Shown in pieces: positions 1-14,730 of a stretch of DNA of 64,000 nucleotides (its first letter is position 1; each line of letters starts with the position of its first letter). A model generated the notes under the pieces. The model did no database searches, had not been told where the DNA came from, and saw nothing but the letters and a program-made list of their open reading frames with translations. The position numbers and the translations under genes are program-made. This DNA is from Octopus vulgaris (lineage: Eukaryota). Where the stretch lies: positions 38,130,001 to 38,194,000 of the forward strand of contig OX597816.1 of NCBI GenBank assembly GCA_951406725.2, read 5' to 3'.

Positions 1-331
1 CTTGTTATTTGCACTGTCGGAAATGCAGCGAAGCAGTGACTGGCCGTTGAATACCTACAATCAATCATGATTTTATTTATAAATTGCAATATAAAATACA
101 TAAATAAATAAATAAATAGATAAAAAATAAATAAATAGATAAATAGATAAATAAATGAATATGAAAGTGAATGCTAGATACTTCTGGCATTTTCCGGATA
201 TTTTTTTGTTTGTACCACCTCCACAAAATTTCATATCAATGCCTTTTGTATACCCACCTCACCCTCTTTATAAACCACACCTGAAAGATTCACTTCCTCA
301 ATACAAAGCATTTCCTCTAACCTATCTCTCA

Positions 332-889
332 CAGAATTGCAGCACCCCTACAACTTCCTTCTCGTCTGCATTTTGTATAAGCAATTCAACCTTCACACCA
401 ATTGCATAAACCATCCCCAGCTCAATTCAAGGAGGAAACCTCTATGTACTCGCTCAGCCTGTTGGAAATAGCTACATAAATCTTTTTCATATCCAACCCT
501 ACCGACTTAAAAGTATGAAATACGCATTCCGTGATGTTAATTACTTATGCTCTTCGCTGCTTATGGATCAAAGACCTATAGAAAGAGGAGGGGTAAAGGA
601 AAGAAATAAGCAGAATTGCAGCACCCCTACAACTTCCTTCTCGTCTGCATTTTGTATAAGCAATTCAACCTTCACACCGATTGCATAAACCATCCCCAGC
701 TCAATTCAAGGAGGAAACCTCTATGTACTCGCTCAGCCTGTTGGAAATAGCTACATAAATCTTCATATCCAACCCTACCGATTTAAAAGAATGAAATACG
801 CATTCCCTGATGTTAATTACTTATGCCCTTCGCTACTTATGGATCAAAGACCTATAGAAGGAGGAGGGGTAAAGGAAAGAAATAAGCAG
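332..889. repeat. Tandem direct duplication, ~280-bp unit (332-610 / 611-889)
   Basis: cagaattgcagcacccctacaacttcc...ggaaagaaataagcaga occurs twice back to back with few differences. Confidence 0.95.
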
Positions 890-1490
890 AAACCAAATAA
901 ATGAGAAATATAGAACGATATGTGAATTAAATAAAAACCTAAAGACTTGGAAAAAGATATATCTAGTGGAAGTGAAATGTAAGAAGAAAATCAATGTTCA
1001 AATTATATATAATGGTAGATATCACTTATATGAACTGAAGGTATGTTGCTGCCAATGTTTACATCGATAATCACGCTCTATAACCGTGTTTACAAGGGGA
1101 TTCTTAGAAAAAAGAATTAAAAAATATAGTTGAGAATTACAGAGTTGACAAAATTCTTTGCCTTTATCATGTGGGAATGAAATGGAGAGAATCAACCAAT
1201 CTAAATTAAATTGTTTATTATGGCCTTTCAGATACCAAATTCATTTACTAAGCCCTGTACTCTTACGTTTATTACTATCCCTAAATGTAGAGTAATGATT
1301 AGACATTCTTTTAGATAACTGAGAAGAAGAACTATCTATATAAAAAAAAGACATCGGTACCTGAAGAAATTTTACACTGGTATATAGAGTTTCTAATCTT
1401 AGAATTACTAGACTTAAATTTAATTCTGTTGGAATTATCTTCATTTGGCTTCTGCTTATTTCTTTCCTTTACCCCTCCTCTTTCTATAGG
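851..1490. mobile_element. MITE-like element with ~50-bp terminal inverted repeats
   Basis: cctatagaaggaggaggggtaaaggaaagaaataagcagaaaccaaat at 851-898; its reverse complement at 1443-1490; AT-rich non-coding interior. Confidence 0.75.
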
Positions 1491-1738
1491 CTACCTTTGA
1501 CATTATATCCTGTAACGTTTTTTTTTAAAAAAACTTAATAGCGTTCCGTTCATCATTATACATATCCATCACATTCTGTTAAAATGTCTTATTGACGAGT
1601 TTGTTTTATTTCGTTATTTCCCCAAAGAGAAGATTACATTGTTTTACACCATTTTTATTCCTTTCGCATAATAGCAATGTTGTCTTCGAAACATGTGTCG
1701 GAAGTAAAAGAATTTGAATAACACCTGCGTTTAACTCC

Positions 1739-1800
<62 letters not shown>

Positions 1801-2168
1801 TCTCTTTCTTTCTATGCCTCTCCCTCTGTCGTTCTCTTTCTCTCACTCTTTCAAACACAGGCACACACATATATAAATATGTGTAAGTTTGTATGTGTAA
1901 ATATACATGTGAAAGACTTTGGTAAAACAGGTGATATATCCTGTAGAGTAAGTATTTGTTTAGTTACCAAGTGTGAGTACTTCAAAGAAATAAATTCCAA
2001 CTTGATCTATTTGAGGTAGTTTTTCATCCAAATATAATTTCCTCAGGCTGGATATAAAACGTGCCTGTTTTTTTATATTGGCTTTCGTTATTGGCAGACT
2101 TATGTTTAATCTATATGACTGATAACCTTATACTTCTGGTTTCAGAGTAACTTTTATCTTTTTTTACA

Positions 2169-2215
2169 CTGCCTGATAAGAAAGGCAGTTGTCGAAACAG
2201 AACGTTCTGTGGCAG
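2169..2215 (+). ncRNA. Degenerate type I hammerhead ribozyme-like motif (Penelope pLTR-like context)
   Basis: ctgc-CTGATAA-...gtc-GAAA-cagaacgttctg (palindrome)-TG-gcag, with AATAAA downstream; core and cleavage site deviate from consensus. Confidence 0.4.
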
Positions 2216-2404
2216 ATGACATGCAAAAATAAAATAACATGTATATTTGCTTTATACATTGTATCAGATACTTAAAGCCAGGAATTTTTCAGCACTCCCT
2301 AGTAAATATGCGCTTGTGTATGTGCGTGCATATACGAGCGTGTATGTATGCATGTCCCAGAAGTTTAGGAATAGCACTCGCAACTTTATGGACCCCTGCA
2401 TCCA

Positions 2405-2669
2405 GCCAATCTTTCTCTCTCCCGCCTTCTCTCTTACTCTCTCCTTCTCTCTCTCTCTATCGACTTCTCTCTCACGCTCTCCTCTCTCTCTCTCGCATTC
2501 TCTCTCACTCTTTTCTTCTTTCTCTCCCACTCTCTCCTTCTCTCTCTCTCGCATTCTCTCTCACTCTTTTCTTCTTTCTCTCCCACTCTCTCCTTCTCTC
2601 TCTCTCGCATTCTCTCTCACTCTTTTCTTCTTTCTCTCCCACTCTCTCCTTCTCTCTCTCTCTCTCTCT

Positions 2670-2712
<43 letters not shown>

Positions 2713-2765
2713 AACCGTCTTTCCATTCCTGATCCTCATTTCTACTCTCTCGCTTCTCTCGCTCC
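2405..2765. repeat. (CT)n-rich compound repeat with ~55-bp higher-order unit
   Basis: Repeated ctctctcgcattctctctcactcttttcttctttctctcccact blocks. Confidence 0.9.
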
Positions 2766-2859
2766 ACCCTGAAATCTCTTTCCTTCCACCCGCTCTACCA
2801 ATCACTGTCACCTATTGGCTACATGACACCCGAAGAACTAAACTGAATGCTCCTTAACA

Positions 2860-3460
2860 TCGCAATCATCATCACTACCATCAACATCTAGATATCGATA
2901 TCTACACCACCACCGCTGGCTGTCGCCATCACCACTGCTACCCTCACTGTCATCGCTATCGCCGCTGCAGTCACAGCCATCACTGCCACAACCACCTCCA
3001 CCATCACCCCGTCGCATCTTCCCTTCCCCAGCCGCTGCCTACCTCTCCACCATCGACATCACCACCACTATCTCCTACCATTGCATATATCACCACTCTA
3101 ACCACCGTCGTAATCACCTATAGCACCACCACCACCACCACCACCACCACCACCAGCATTGCCGCCGCCACCACATCCACCAGCACCACCATCACCACCA
3201 ACGGCACCACCGCCACCACTGCCGCTGCCACGTCCACCGTCACCACCACCGCAGCACACAGCCGCCGCTACCACCACCACCACCACCACCACCACACCAC
3301 CACCACCACTATCACGAACACCACCGCCGCCGCCGCTGAAGCCGCCACCACCACATCCACCACCATAGCCATTGACAACGCCTTTTTTTTTTCATTACTT
3401 CCCGTTTCTAATGAAACCAATTATAATCAGCATGACACCACCACCACCACCACCACCCTC
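2860..3460. repeat. (CAC/CCA)n low-complexity tract
   Basis: Degenerate trinucleotide repeat; the Pro/Thr/Gly-rich ORFs are artefacts. Confidence 0.9.
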
Positions 3461-3895
3461 ACCGTTCATCACAGCACACCTTATTTTTTAATCTTACCTA
3501 CCACACCTACCATGCTGCGTAGCATACTCGTTCAATACACTACATTACCTTACAATTCCAACTTGCTGCACTACAGCAAACCACGTGCCTCTCCTGCACT
3601 ATTCACACATCACTACAGTACAACAAGCCTCAGCACAAGAGACAATGTTCCACCCTATTACACCGCCCCACGCTCCATGCCCCACACCCCACATCCCACG
3701 CCCAATCACCCTTCCCCCACTTCATTTCACACCCACCACAACGCATCACCCCATCTTAACATTAATTTTTTTCCTCCTTCAGTAAATTTCTAACGTGATC
3801 AGCCAAATGTATGTATGTATGTATGTATGTATGTATGTATGTATGTATGTATGTATGTATGTATGTATGTATGCATGTATGTATGTATGTATGTA

Positions 3896-5170
3896 CAGGG
3901 GTTGGACAAAATAATGGAAACACCTAGCATCATAGCACCATAGTTTTGAAATATCTATAAAACCGTCAAAAGCATGTATATTTTTATGTTTTTTGATTTA
4001 TTATTAGTGTTGCTTAATGTTTTGCTAAAATTGCTGTTTCTTTTCAGATATTACCAGAAAAAGTTAATTAAAATTCATTAAAATGACAGATCTATCGGAC
4101 TTTCAAAGAGGTCAAATTGTTGATGTTCATATGGCAGGCGCTAGCGTAACGAAAACAGCCAAAATGTTTGGTGTATCAAGAACTACTGTCTCGAAACTAA
4201 TTACAGCCTTTGAGAAAGAGGGGAAAAAACTCCTCGTCGAAACAAAACTCCGGAAGAACACCAAAACTATCAGATAGGGACTGTCGGACTCCTACGCGAA
4301 TTGTTAGAAAGGATTACAAAAGTACAGCTCCCAAAATTACTGCAGAACTTAGAGACCATCTCGAGAACCCAGTTTCCACAAAATCCGTTCGCCGGGAACT
4401 GTACAAAGCTGGATTTCACGGGAGGACTACAATCAGAAAACCACTACTTTCAAAAATAAACGTTGCAAAGCATTTAGAGTGGAGAAAACACCTACAGAAT
4501 TGGTCCCTAGAACAGTGGCAGAATGTTATTTTCTTGGACGAATCACCTTTTACCTTATTTCCGACCACCAGCCGAGTATACATGTGGAGACAGCCAAAAG
4601 AAGCATTTGATCCAGATTGCCTTCTTCCAACTATTAAACATGAAGGAGGATTTGTGATGATCTGGGATGGGGGGCTATATCTTGGAAATCCGCCAGCCGA
4701 ATGGTTTCCCTTCATGGCAGAATTAATAGTCAAGACTATTTAAGCATTTTATCTGATCAAATTCATCCTATCGTTGCGGAACTGTTTCCGGGAGTAAATT
4801 CAATCTTTCAGGATGATAATGCACCAATTCACACAGCTAAAGTTGTTACTGAATGGCTCGAGGAAATTCTAGTGAAGTTGAACATCTTATCTGGCCACCA
4901 CAGTTCCCAGATCTCAATATTATTGAACATTTATGGTGCATTTTAGAAAACCAACTAACGAGTCAAAATCCTTCACCATCATCACTGCCAGAAAAGGAGA
5001 CTGTTTTAGCTGAAGAATGGACAAAAATTCCTTTGGAAACAATTCAAACTTTGTATGAGTTCATACCTCATAGATTTCAAGCTGTAAATACTGCCAAAGG
5101 CGGTCCTACCCCATATTAAAATAAATTTGCTTGAAATTTAAAGTGTTTCCATTATTTTGTCCAACCTCTG
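3896..5170 (+). mobile_element. Full-length Tc1-family DNA transposon (DD34E type) inserted in a (TATG)n array
   Basis: 28-bp TIRs caggggttggacaaaataatggaaacac (1 mismatch); TA duplications at 3894-3895 and 5171-5172. Confidence 0.95.
4083..5119 (+). pseudogene. Tc1 transposase, frameshifted into four ORFs
   Basis: N-terminal HTH (MTDLSDFQRGQIV...FGVSRTTVSK); catalytic motifs VIFLDESPF, FQDDNAPIH, WPPQFPDLNIIEHLW; C-terminus AKGGPTPY. Confidence 0.93.
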
Positions 5171-5749
5171 TATGTATGTATGTATGTATGTATGTATGTA
5201 TGTATGTATGTATGTATGTATGTATGTATGTATATATGCATCCATGTACATATTATGTATGCATGTATTATGTATGTATTTATGTAAGCATGTATACTTG
5301 TATGGATGTGTGTATGCATGCATGTATGTGTGCATGTGAATATGTATATGTGTATGCATGTATTATGGAAGGATGTATGTATGTGTGTATGTATATGGCT
5401 ATGTATGTATAAATGTATGTATTTATGTATGTATGCATGCATATATGTATGCGTGCATAGATGTATGTATGCATGTATGCATGCATCTATGCATGTATAC
5501 ATGCATATATGTATGCATGCATAGATGTATATATGCATCTATGTATGTATGTGTGTAACGATGTATGTATGAGCGTGTATATGTCTATGTATGCATATCT
5601 ATGTGTTTGTATGAATGTATGTATGTATGTGTGTGTATGTATGATTGTATGTGTGTTGAATATGCTTATCTACGTATATGTATATGTACGCATATATGTA
5701 TGTGAATATGTACGCATAAGTTTTATATATGACCTGGTTACGTTGTAAA

Positions 5750-6056
5750 GTCACGTGATCACGTGACCGACCAGGCTATCAGATGTTGCTACACATCGCT
5801 GGTCACAATGCGTTCGCATTGTTTTAGCCTTCGGAATGACGCCACCCCGCTGGTTAAGCGAACAGGCCAACAGAAGAAAGAGTTAGAGAAAGTTGTGGCG
5901 AAAGAGTACAGCAGGGATCACCCCCTGCCGGAGCCTCGCGGAGCTTTTAGGTGTTTTCGCTCAATAAACACACACAACGCCCAGTCTGGGAATTGAAATC
6001 GCGATCCTACGACCGCGTGTCCACTGCCCTAACCACTGGGTCATTGCGCCTCCACA
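5750..6056 (-). mobile_element. tRNA-like SINE family A (tail type 1)
   Basis: Head ggaggcgcaatgacccagtggttagggcag... with A/B-box-like motifs; matches copy at 26090. Confidence 0.85.
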
Positions 6057-6099
6057 TGTTGTAAGTCTCGAAAATTTTTCAGCCGCGGTCTCTTTTCAA

Positions 6100-6305
6100 T
6101 AGTTGTCCCTGCATCCAGCAGTAGAGCCTTGGTTCAGGAATTCCAGCATTTTGAGGAGTGTGAAACCATCCCTTAGCCACTATTGTTCCCAGATCTACTC
6201 TGAGTAGGACGGCCTGTTAGGGTACCAGCTATAGTTAACTAGCATGTGCACTAATGGGAGTGAAGGACTTCTAGTTTTCATTAGAACTTCCTTCTAAGGG
6301 AAGGT
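6100..6305. repeat. Dispersed repeat; inverted homologue at ~15575-15760
   Basis: Shared blocks gaagttctaa, agtccttcac, atagctgg.accctaacaggc, cacactcctcaaaatgctggaa. Confidence 0.7.
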
Positions 6306-6559
6306 AAACTCGTACAAAAAAAAACGGAAGCGCAGTGCAGTTGATTTCTGGTGGTCTTAACCTGTATCGTGCCGCTAGTTTTATAGTTGATTGCTATAAC
6401 TTATTGCCATGCATGTTATCAGATATCCCTTGTCTGATAATATGCATGAGCATGTTAGTAGAAAATTCTGAGATGATTGTAACATTAATTATCAAACCAG
6501 TCTATCATGGACCAATAGCCGGATTACTACCTCCCACTTTGAAGGGTGTGCGTTTGCAA

Positions 6560-7485
6560 TCCAGGAACAGGAAAGTACCTGATGCACAAAAGGGACAGAG
6601 ATGCAGGAAAACCAGTAAAATGTGAAACCGATGCAGCCTTTGAGGAGTTAGCACCGAAGATATAACTGTCCGAAAATGTCATCACGGTTTATCTACCAAT
6701 GAGACATGATGTTGTAGCTTGGACAATCTATAATGAAATCCGTCGGAAGGATAATCCCGATGACAAAGAAATAATAACCTACAATATGGTAGAAGCCATA
6801 GCCACTCATAATAAAAAGGAGTATTGGTGGAATGTCCCTTCAAGATCTCAATAAAATGTAAGCTCAACAGACCTGATATAATGATTTGGAATAGAGAAGA
6901 GAAACTGTGTACAGTTGTGAAGATCAGTGAAAAAGTGACTACCTATGTTAAACTATTGAGAAAACTGCAGTTGCTCTATCCAGATTATAAGTTCAGGTTT
7001 ATACCAGTAATTATTGGGGCCCTGGAATAAGAAGACTACAAATCCAATCCATCGCTGAAACTGTAAAAATCTGTAAAACTTTCCAGAAGTTTATCATTTA
7101 AATATATATGAACATGTCTAGATATGCAACTATATGCATGATAATACTTACATAAGGCAAAACGTACAAATCTGTACAGGCATACATACATACATACATA
7201 CATACATACATACATACATACATACATACATACATACATACATACATACATACATACATACATACATACATACAACATATATCAACTATATACACGAGAA
7301 TACTTACATAAAGCAAAACGTATAAACCTGCACGTGCATACATATATACATATATACATACATACATAATTACATACATTCAAACAAGAATATTCTATTG
7401 TTGATGTTGAAATTTCAATGAAGGGGCCTAGGTTAGAAACTGGCTCTTTCTCTTCTGACAAGAAATAAAACTGAACAATGACATG
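6560..7485 (+). mobile_element. 3' fragment of an RLE-type non-LTR retrotransposon (R4/Dong-like), running into (CATA)n
   Basis: RHDVVA motif, RPDIMIWNREEKLCTVV and FIPVIIGAL, typical of the restriction-like endonuclease C-terminus; several disablements; 3' UTR extent inferred. Confidence 0.75.
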
Positions 7486-7966
7486 CATAAATATATAGAT
7501 ACATACATACATACATACATACATACATACATACATACATACATACACACACACATACATACATACATACATACATACATACACATACATACATACATAC
7601 ATACACACACACACATACATGCATACATACATACATACATACATACACATACATACATACATAAATACATACACACACATACATACATACATACATACAT
7701 ACATACATACATACATACATACATACATACATACATACATACATACATACATACATACATACATACATACACACACACACATACATACATACACACACAT
7801 ACATACATACATACACACACATACATACATACATACATACATACATACATACACACACATACATACATACATACACACACACATACATACATACATACAT
7901 ACATACATACATACACTCATAGATACATACATACATACACACACATACATACATACATACATACAC

Positions 7967-7999
<33 letters not shown>

Positions 8000-8230
8000 T
8001 ACATACATACATACATACACACACATACATACATACATACATACATACACATACACACACATACATACACACACACATGCATACATACACACACACATGC
8101 ATACATACACACACATACTTACATACATCTATCCATACATACATACATACATACATACATACATACATACACACACACATACACACACACACACATACAT
8201 ACATACATACATACATACATACGTACATAC
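7170..8230. repeat. (CATA)n/(CA)n microsatellite block
   Basis: Directly visible. Confidence 0.98.
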
Positions 8231-8479
8231 ATTGTCGTGTGTTTTTACTTGACCGTGAGTTTTTTGTTTGTCTCTTATAGCCGGAGCCAAGTCATCTAAC
8301 GCAACACAAATTGGCCGAGCATGTGGCAACGTCCCGAAAAGCTTAAATAAATAACACGATGATGCGCCATACAGCCACTCCTCATGCCACCTCTCCTTAC
8401 ACTTTCTTTTTCCAACACCCTTGCATCTTTAATTACACCGCATGCCTTTGTTTGTATACGTGTGTGTGTGCGTGTGTGC

Positions 8480-8534
<55 letters not shown>

Positions 8535-9231
8535 TTTTGCGCGCCTTCACTCTTCAAACTAATCTCGCCATTGGAACACAATAGGTCTGCTTCTTTTAAT
8601 AAGTGTAATGACAACAACCACAACAATGGAAACAACAACAAAAACAACAAAAACATCATCATCATCATCAACATCATCATCATCATCAACAACAACAAAA
8701 ATAAATGTAATTTTACTACTACTACTACTACTATTACTACTACTACTACCACCACCACCACTACTACTACTACTACTACTGCTACTACTACTACTGCTGC
8801 TGCTGCTAGAGCAATAATAGTTATGAAATCTTATTTGAAAGAAGAAGGGGAGGAAGGAACGGAGGGGGAAGGAGGGAAAGAAGGAAGGAGAGGAGAGAAG
8901 AAGATGAAGAAGCCAAAAACAGTAAAAAACACAATAAAGTTTGTTTAAATATATATTGACAGACTGTCTATAGAGATGGTTGTGTTTATATGTACGCATG
9001 TATGCATATATATATATATAAATTTATATATACATATATGGTATGTATGTATATATATATGGATAAATACATACATACACACACACATATATATATATGT
9101 ATATGTATCTCTCTCTCTCTCTCTCTTTATATATATATATATATATATATAGATATAGATAGATAGATAGATGCATACATGCATGCATACATACATACAT
9201 ACATACATACATACATACATACATACATACA

Positions 9232-9262
<31 letters not shown>

Positions 9263-9737
9263 GTATATAGAAAGATGAGAAACAGAAAATAGAATTCACA
9301 AGACTCTTTATTCAGAACCACTACGATCGTTTCGACTCATCATGCATCTCTACTTTATGCTTGATATACTGTACAATCGACTGTCATGCATTATTGGTGT
9401 TGAATAAAGAGGCTCGTCAATTCCATTTTCTGTCTCATGTTTTTATATAAACTCTGCGGGTACAAAAGAATTCCTGCAGTAAATCCAGTGGCATATACCT
9501 CCATACTGTTGTTGACATCAGGTAGCCGAATACTGTGAACGGCTTTTAAACAGTATACTACAAGGTGTCTACCCGAATATAAAATTGCTAGCTAGCTAGC
9601 TAGCTAGCTAGCTACCTACCTACCTACCTACCTACCTACCTAGCTACCTACCCACCTACATACCTACCTACTTACCTACCTACCTACTTACCTACCTACC
9701 TACCTACCTACCTACCTACCTACCTACCTACCTACCT

Positions 9738-9967
9738 ATTTCTTTATTACCCACAAGGGGCTAAACATAGAGGGGACAAACAAGGACAGACATAGGTATT
9801 AAGTCGATTCCATCGACCCCAGTGCGTAACTGGTACTTAATTTATCGACCCCGAAAGGGTGAAAAGCAAAGTCGACCTAGGCGGAATTTGAACTCACAAC
9901 GTAACGGCAGACGAAATACCGCAAAGCATTTCGCCCGGCGTGCTAACGCTTCTGCCAGCTCGCCGCC
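9738..9967 (-). mobile_element. SINE family B (Nin/Deu-domain-like core) with Tx1-LINE-like 3' tail, inside a (TACC)n array
   Basis: Head ggcggcgagctggcagaa; core ctttcggggtcgataaattaagtaccag; tail ttgtcccctctatgtttagccccttgtgggtaataaagaaat. Confidence 0.9.
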
Positions 9968-10414
9968 AGTTACCTACCTACCTACCTACCTACCTACCTA
10001 CCTACCTACCTACATACATACATACATACATACATACATACATACATACATAGATACATACATACATACATACATACATACATACATACATACATACATA
10101 CATACATACATACATGTATATATGGAGTTATCGTTTAGTCACAGCTGTGGGTGAATATATTCTTAAAGTCAACTCTTAGTCACTCGCGGGTACTTCTAGG
10201 TTTTATCCCTAATTCAATTCTTAACCAAATTGAAAGCGGTTTATTTTAGCAATGATGGTCTAGTCTTCAGTTACAATTTGAGGTAAAATAACTGAAATTT
10301 GATTCATTAGAAAAAAGTTAGGTCAAAATATTTGAGGTCAAAAATAGGCGAAAAATTGGCTTTGACTCAAAATATCTCAGTTATTTTAATAGAAAAGTAT
10401 ATATTAATAGTCAA

Positions 10415-10632
10415 GACTCTCTTTACTCTTTTACTTGTTTCAGTCATTTGACTGCGGCCATACTGGAGCACCGCCTTTAGTCGAGCAAATCGACCCCGGG
10501 ACTTATTCTTTGTAAGCCCAGTACTTATTCTATCGGTCTCTTTTGCCGAACCGCTAAGTGACGGGGACGCAAACACACCAGCGTCGGTTGTCAAGCAATG
10601 CTACGGGGACAAACACAAACACACAAACATAT

Positions 10633-10685
<53 letters not shown>

Positions 10686-10848
10686 TACGACAGGCTTCTT
10701 TCAATTTCCGTCTACCAAATCCACTCACAATGCATTGGTCGGCCCGGGGCTATAGCAGAAGACACTTGCCCAAGATGCCACGCAGTGGGACTGAACCCGG
10801 AACCATGTGGTTGGTTAGCAAGCTACTTACCACACAGCCACTCCTGCG
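10415..10848 (-). mobile_element. tRNA-like SINE family C with internal (TA)n(TG)n
   Basis: Head gcaggagtggctgtgtggtaag...gggttcagtccc; tail gactgaaacaagtaaaagagtaaaagag; many copies in the window. Confidence 0.88.
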
Positions 10849-12247
10849 ATTATTGAAAAGTTTGCAAGACGCAACGAAAATTTTAGGAAAATAAAAAACC
10901 GAATAAGTGGATATTTTACTGGTGAGTGTGTTAAATTATAAGGCACAAAAAGAAAATGACTCTCCCGAGACACAACAGAATATACTTCAACACACGAACT
11001 CACATAAAGAATCTTGCAAACCAAATCCTAAAACGAAATATATTAATAGGATTTAACAGAATGTCTTCATCGAGAAGAATCTTTTGGTGAAAACCTTGTT
11101 AAAATGTATTGGCTAGGAAAAAAAGGTTGTGTTGCTTTATATGACGAAAAAAATGGTAATTAACCCCACTATCACCATCACCAAATTGACTTGGCATTAA
11201 AATATCTCAGCTATTGTAAAAGAAAACTATACAGTAGTTGTATTCAAATGAAAGAGCGCTACGATATGAATCTTATGGTGGAAACCCTGTCAAAAAATAT
11301 TTGCTACGAAAATGTGGTGTGGCTTTCAGTGATGAAAAAAAAAGGCGATTATTTTTAAGAATGAAAATATTTTTGTCATTTTAAGCATTATAAAAGACGC
11401 TTTCTTAAAATGTTTTCGGGGTCGCTTAGCTTAATGGTACAGAACGCTCGGCGGAATTTGAACTCGGAACGTGACGACAGACGAAATACAGCTACGCATT
11501 TCGCCCGGCGTGCTAACGTTTCTGCCAGCTCGCCGCCTATATATATATATATACCTTAGCACTTTGTGAATAAATGTTGCTGTTAGTGAACATTTTTATC
11601 GCCGATTATAAGCTACAATGAATAAAGCGTTTTTGACAAAGTTTTAGCAACATCGCACATTTTTGGAGAATAGAATATCGAAGATGGTCCCCACATGCTC
11701 ATATGAAATTTTGTGTGGATAAAGCACCTCATGTCCGGTAATTTCACCGCAGAGCAAGCTCACCGTCATCAATGCACCGTTTAAAATTTTTTTCTTTCTT
11801 TCAATAAAACAATTTTTAACTATTAATGGTGGTATACTATGGATATATTTTCTCGGTAAACTCTCCTCGCGGTGAACCTTCCACACGGTAAATTGATGGC
11901 GGTGAACTTACCTGTAATCAAATACCATATTTATGACAAAGATTCTCCAGAGAAAAATTCAAGAATTTTATGGAACTTGCAGATTGCCATGTTACTTGCA
12001 GATTGCCATATTACTTGCAGATTGCCATGTTCCGGATCTAGCCCCACTCTTTACAATTTTGTTTGTCGTTACAAATGCGTTCATGCCGCAAAACTTGCTA
12101 GAGAATTTATGGAAAAGGAAAAGATGTGGTTTAAAGTGTCGATTTAGTTTTCCTAACATTGAATCAAGATTCAATTTGACCACGGTAGCTCATCGCTGAT
12201 GCCTATAGGTATGTTAAATTAACATACACTCACACATACATACTTAT

Positions 12248-12461
12248 AGGCGCAGGTACGGCTGTTTGGTTAAGAAGTTCGTTTTGCAACCATGGGTTTT
12301 GAATTTAGTCCCACCCCGTGCCATCTTGGGCAAAAGTCTTCTATTATAGTCCCAGACCGATGTATACCTTGTAAGTGACTTTAGTAGACGGAAACTGTGG
12401 AAATCCATCGTATATACACACATATATATACATACATAATATATACATATACATATATATA

Positions 12462-12495
<34 letters not shown>

Positions 12496-12521
12496 CATAC
12501 ATATATATATACATACATACA

Positions 12522-12589
<68 letters not shown>

Positions 12590-12872
12590 TATGTGTGTGT
12601 ATGTATATATATACATATATGTGTGTGTGTGTGTGTATGTGTGTATCTATGTGCCTGAGTTTGTCCCATATCCAATCGCTTGGCAACCGGTGCTGACTTG
12701 TTTACGTCCCCTTAACATAGCACTTGAGCAAAAGTCTTCGAAAAAATAAGTACCAAACTGAAAAAAAAATAATAAGTACCGGGGTCGATGTGTTCGTCTA
12801 AAACCTCTCAAGGCGGTGCCCCAGCATGGCCGCACCCCAATGATTGAAACAAACAAAAAATGAAAAGATGAA
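12248..12872 (+). mobile_element. SINE family C, diverged, with expanded internal microsatellite
   Basis: ggcgcaggtacggctgtttggttaagaag...aggcggtgccccagcatggccgca. Confidence 0.8.
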
Positions 12873-13200
12873 AGAGGCTTGGTATGAATATGGATAACAA
12901 ATCGACAGGAAGCGTACAGCTGAATATCCATGTATTGAGGGTGGTTGCTCTCTTATTTCTAGTAAGTCGTGTGACTACATACATACAAACCGCTTATATC
13001 AAAACATGGTGTGTTGTAGTATTGGGTTACACAAAGTAACTCAATAGATCTTGATCTAAACTTCAAAGTCCCTGTTTTTAAGATGGCAGTGTATAAATAG
13101 AGGGTAATTTCTCTGCTATTTCTATCAAGGCAACCGATTCCCTGTTTTAATCAAAACAAACTCTCTTTTTTTTTTTCATGAAAATGGGGCCTTATGCACG

Positions 13201-13256
<56 letters not shown>

Positions 13257-14730
13257 CACACACGCACACACACACGCACGCACGCACGCACGTACGCAAG
13301 TAAGCCGCAAAATATATCTCAATAGATCTCAACCTGTATCTAAAGATCTTGTTTCATTAGTAAGTTTTTTCACCATCTTTGCTGTCACACACATTAAATT
13401 GACATATTGATATTACAATAATAAACTTACGAAATAGCAGACGACAACTGGGTTCTACTCACAACATTTTTATTGTTCCCTTTCAAATATCCATAGGGGT
13501 CTTTAGAGATCCTCAATCTTTCTATTCTATTTGGCTTTTCTTCTCTTCAAAATCCCATTAGGTTGTCATTGAGCTGACACATTGGACTGCAATAGAAGAT
13601 TGGACAGCTGACTGTGGCCGTTGTTTGTGTGGTCGGTCGGTCGGTCGGTCGGTTGGTTGCTTAATTGCTTGGTCTTGCACTTCTCTTTCTCTCTCTCTCC
13701 CACTCTTTCTTTTTTCTTTACTTTTTTTGATACATGGGTATAAAATAGGTAGGAGTGAATGGAATAAATTGTACACTGCTTATAAACACACATACACATA
13801 CAACATACACTCAGAGAAAAAGGAATTATTTTTTAGAGAAATGCTCTTTATATTGGGGAGTTTTAATTTAATTTCCCTTCTTGTTATTGTATACAAATAG
13901 ATCGAGAACTCGACGAAAGCTCCCTCCTCTAAATAGCGGCTCAACCTGTTCGACAAAATAGCAGCAAAATCCCTCCCAAATCACATCAACCCGTATTTTT
14001 GTTTTTCTATTTTTACAGTGGAAGGACGTATCGGTTAATGTAGATCCTAATAGATTATGTTTGATCATTTGTCTGCTCTGTCGGGACTGGCTGAGTAATA
14101 AACACCAAGAATGAAAATGGCACACAACAACAACTGCTACAACAAAAACAATAATGACAGCAGCAGCGGCAGCAGTAGCCGCAGTGGTAGCACAACAACG
14201 ACAATAAGTCTTACATAGAGAAAAGAATAGCCATGAGGTGTTTAGTCAATCCTTTCAGATGACACGACTGTTGTGATTGATTTTCGGTTTGAGTTTCTGA
14301 ATCGATATACGTAAATTTAGGAATCCATGTTACCAAAAGTTCAACGCAGGAATTCCTCTTTTCCACCAATCCAAAGCCCTGGGCGATTTAACCTTTAAAT
14401 ACACCATAATTCAAGTACTGGCGGTTACTTATAAATGATTCTACATTGCTGAGAAGAAACCTTTATATTAGAGGACAGAACGGGCGGTGGTTTGGTTGAA
14501 TTAGTAGAATGTCACTATTACTTCCGGCTCTTTACGCCTTGAGTTCAAATTCTAGCATGATTGATTTTGCCTTTCATCCCCTTGGAGCCAATAAGATAAA
14601 ATACAATGAACTGGGATCGATGTACTCGGCTAGTCTCTCAATTAAAAATCATTGGCTTTATCCCTAAATTAGAAATGATATGTTTAGTAGTAGTCTTTCG
14701 AGTTTGAGAAAGACAGTTCTGCAATTTCTA

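Noticed and set aside
5131-9321. Long ORFs of MYVC/HTYI type (also 12244-12749, 31878-33042, 43246-43667)
   Set aside because: Translations of (CATA)n/(TA)n microsatellites, not genes
9315-9528. Minus-strand hammerhead candidate (GAAA-cgatcg-TA with a distant CTGATGT)
   Set aside because: Core mismatch, wobble-rich stem I and ~190-nt spacing; too weak to call
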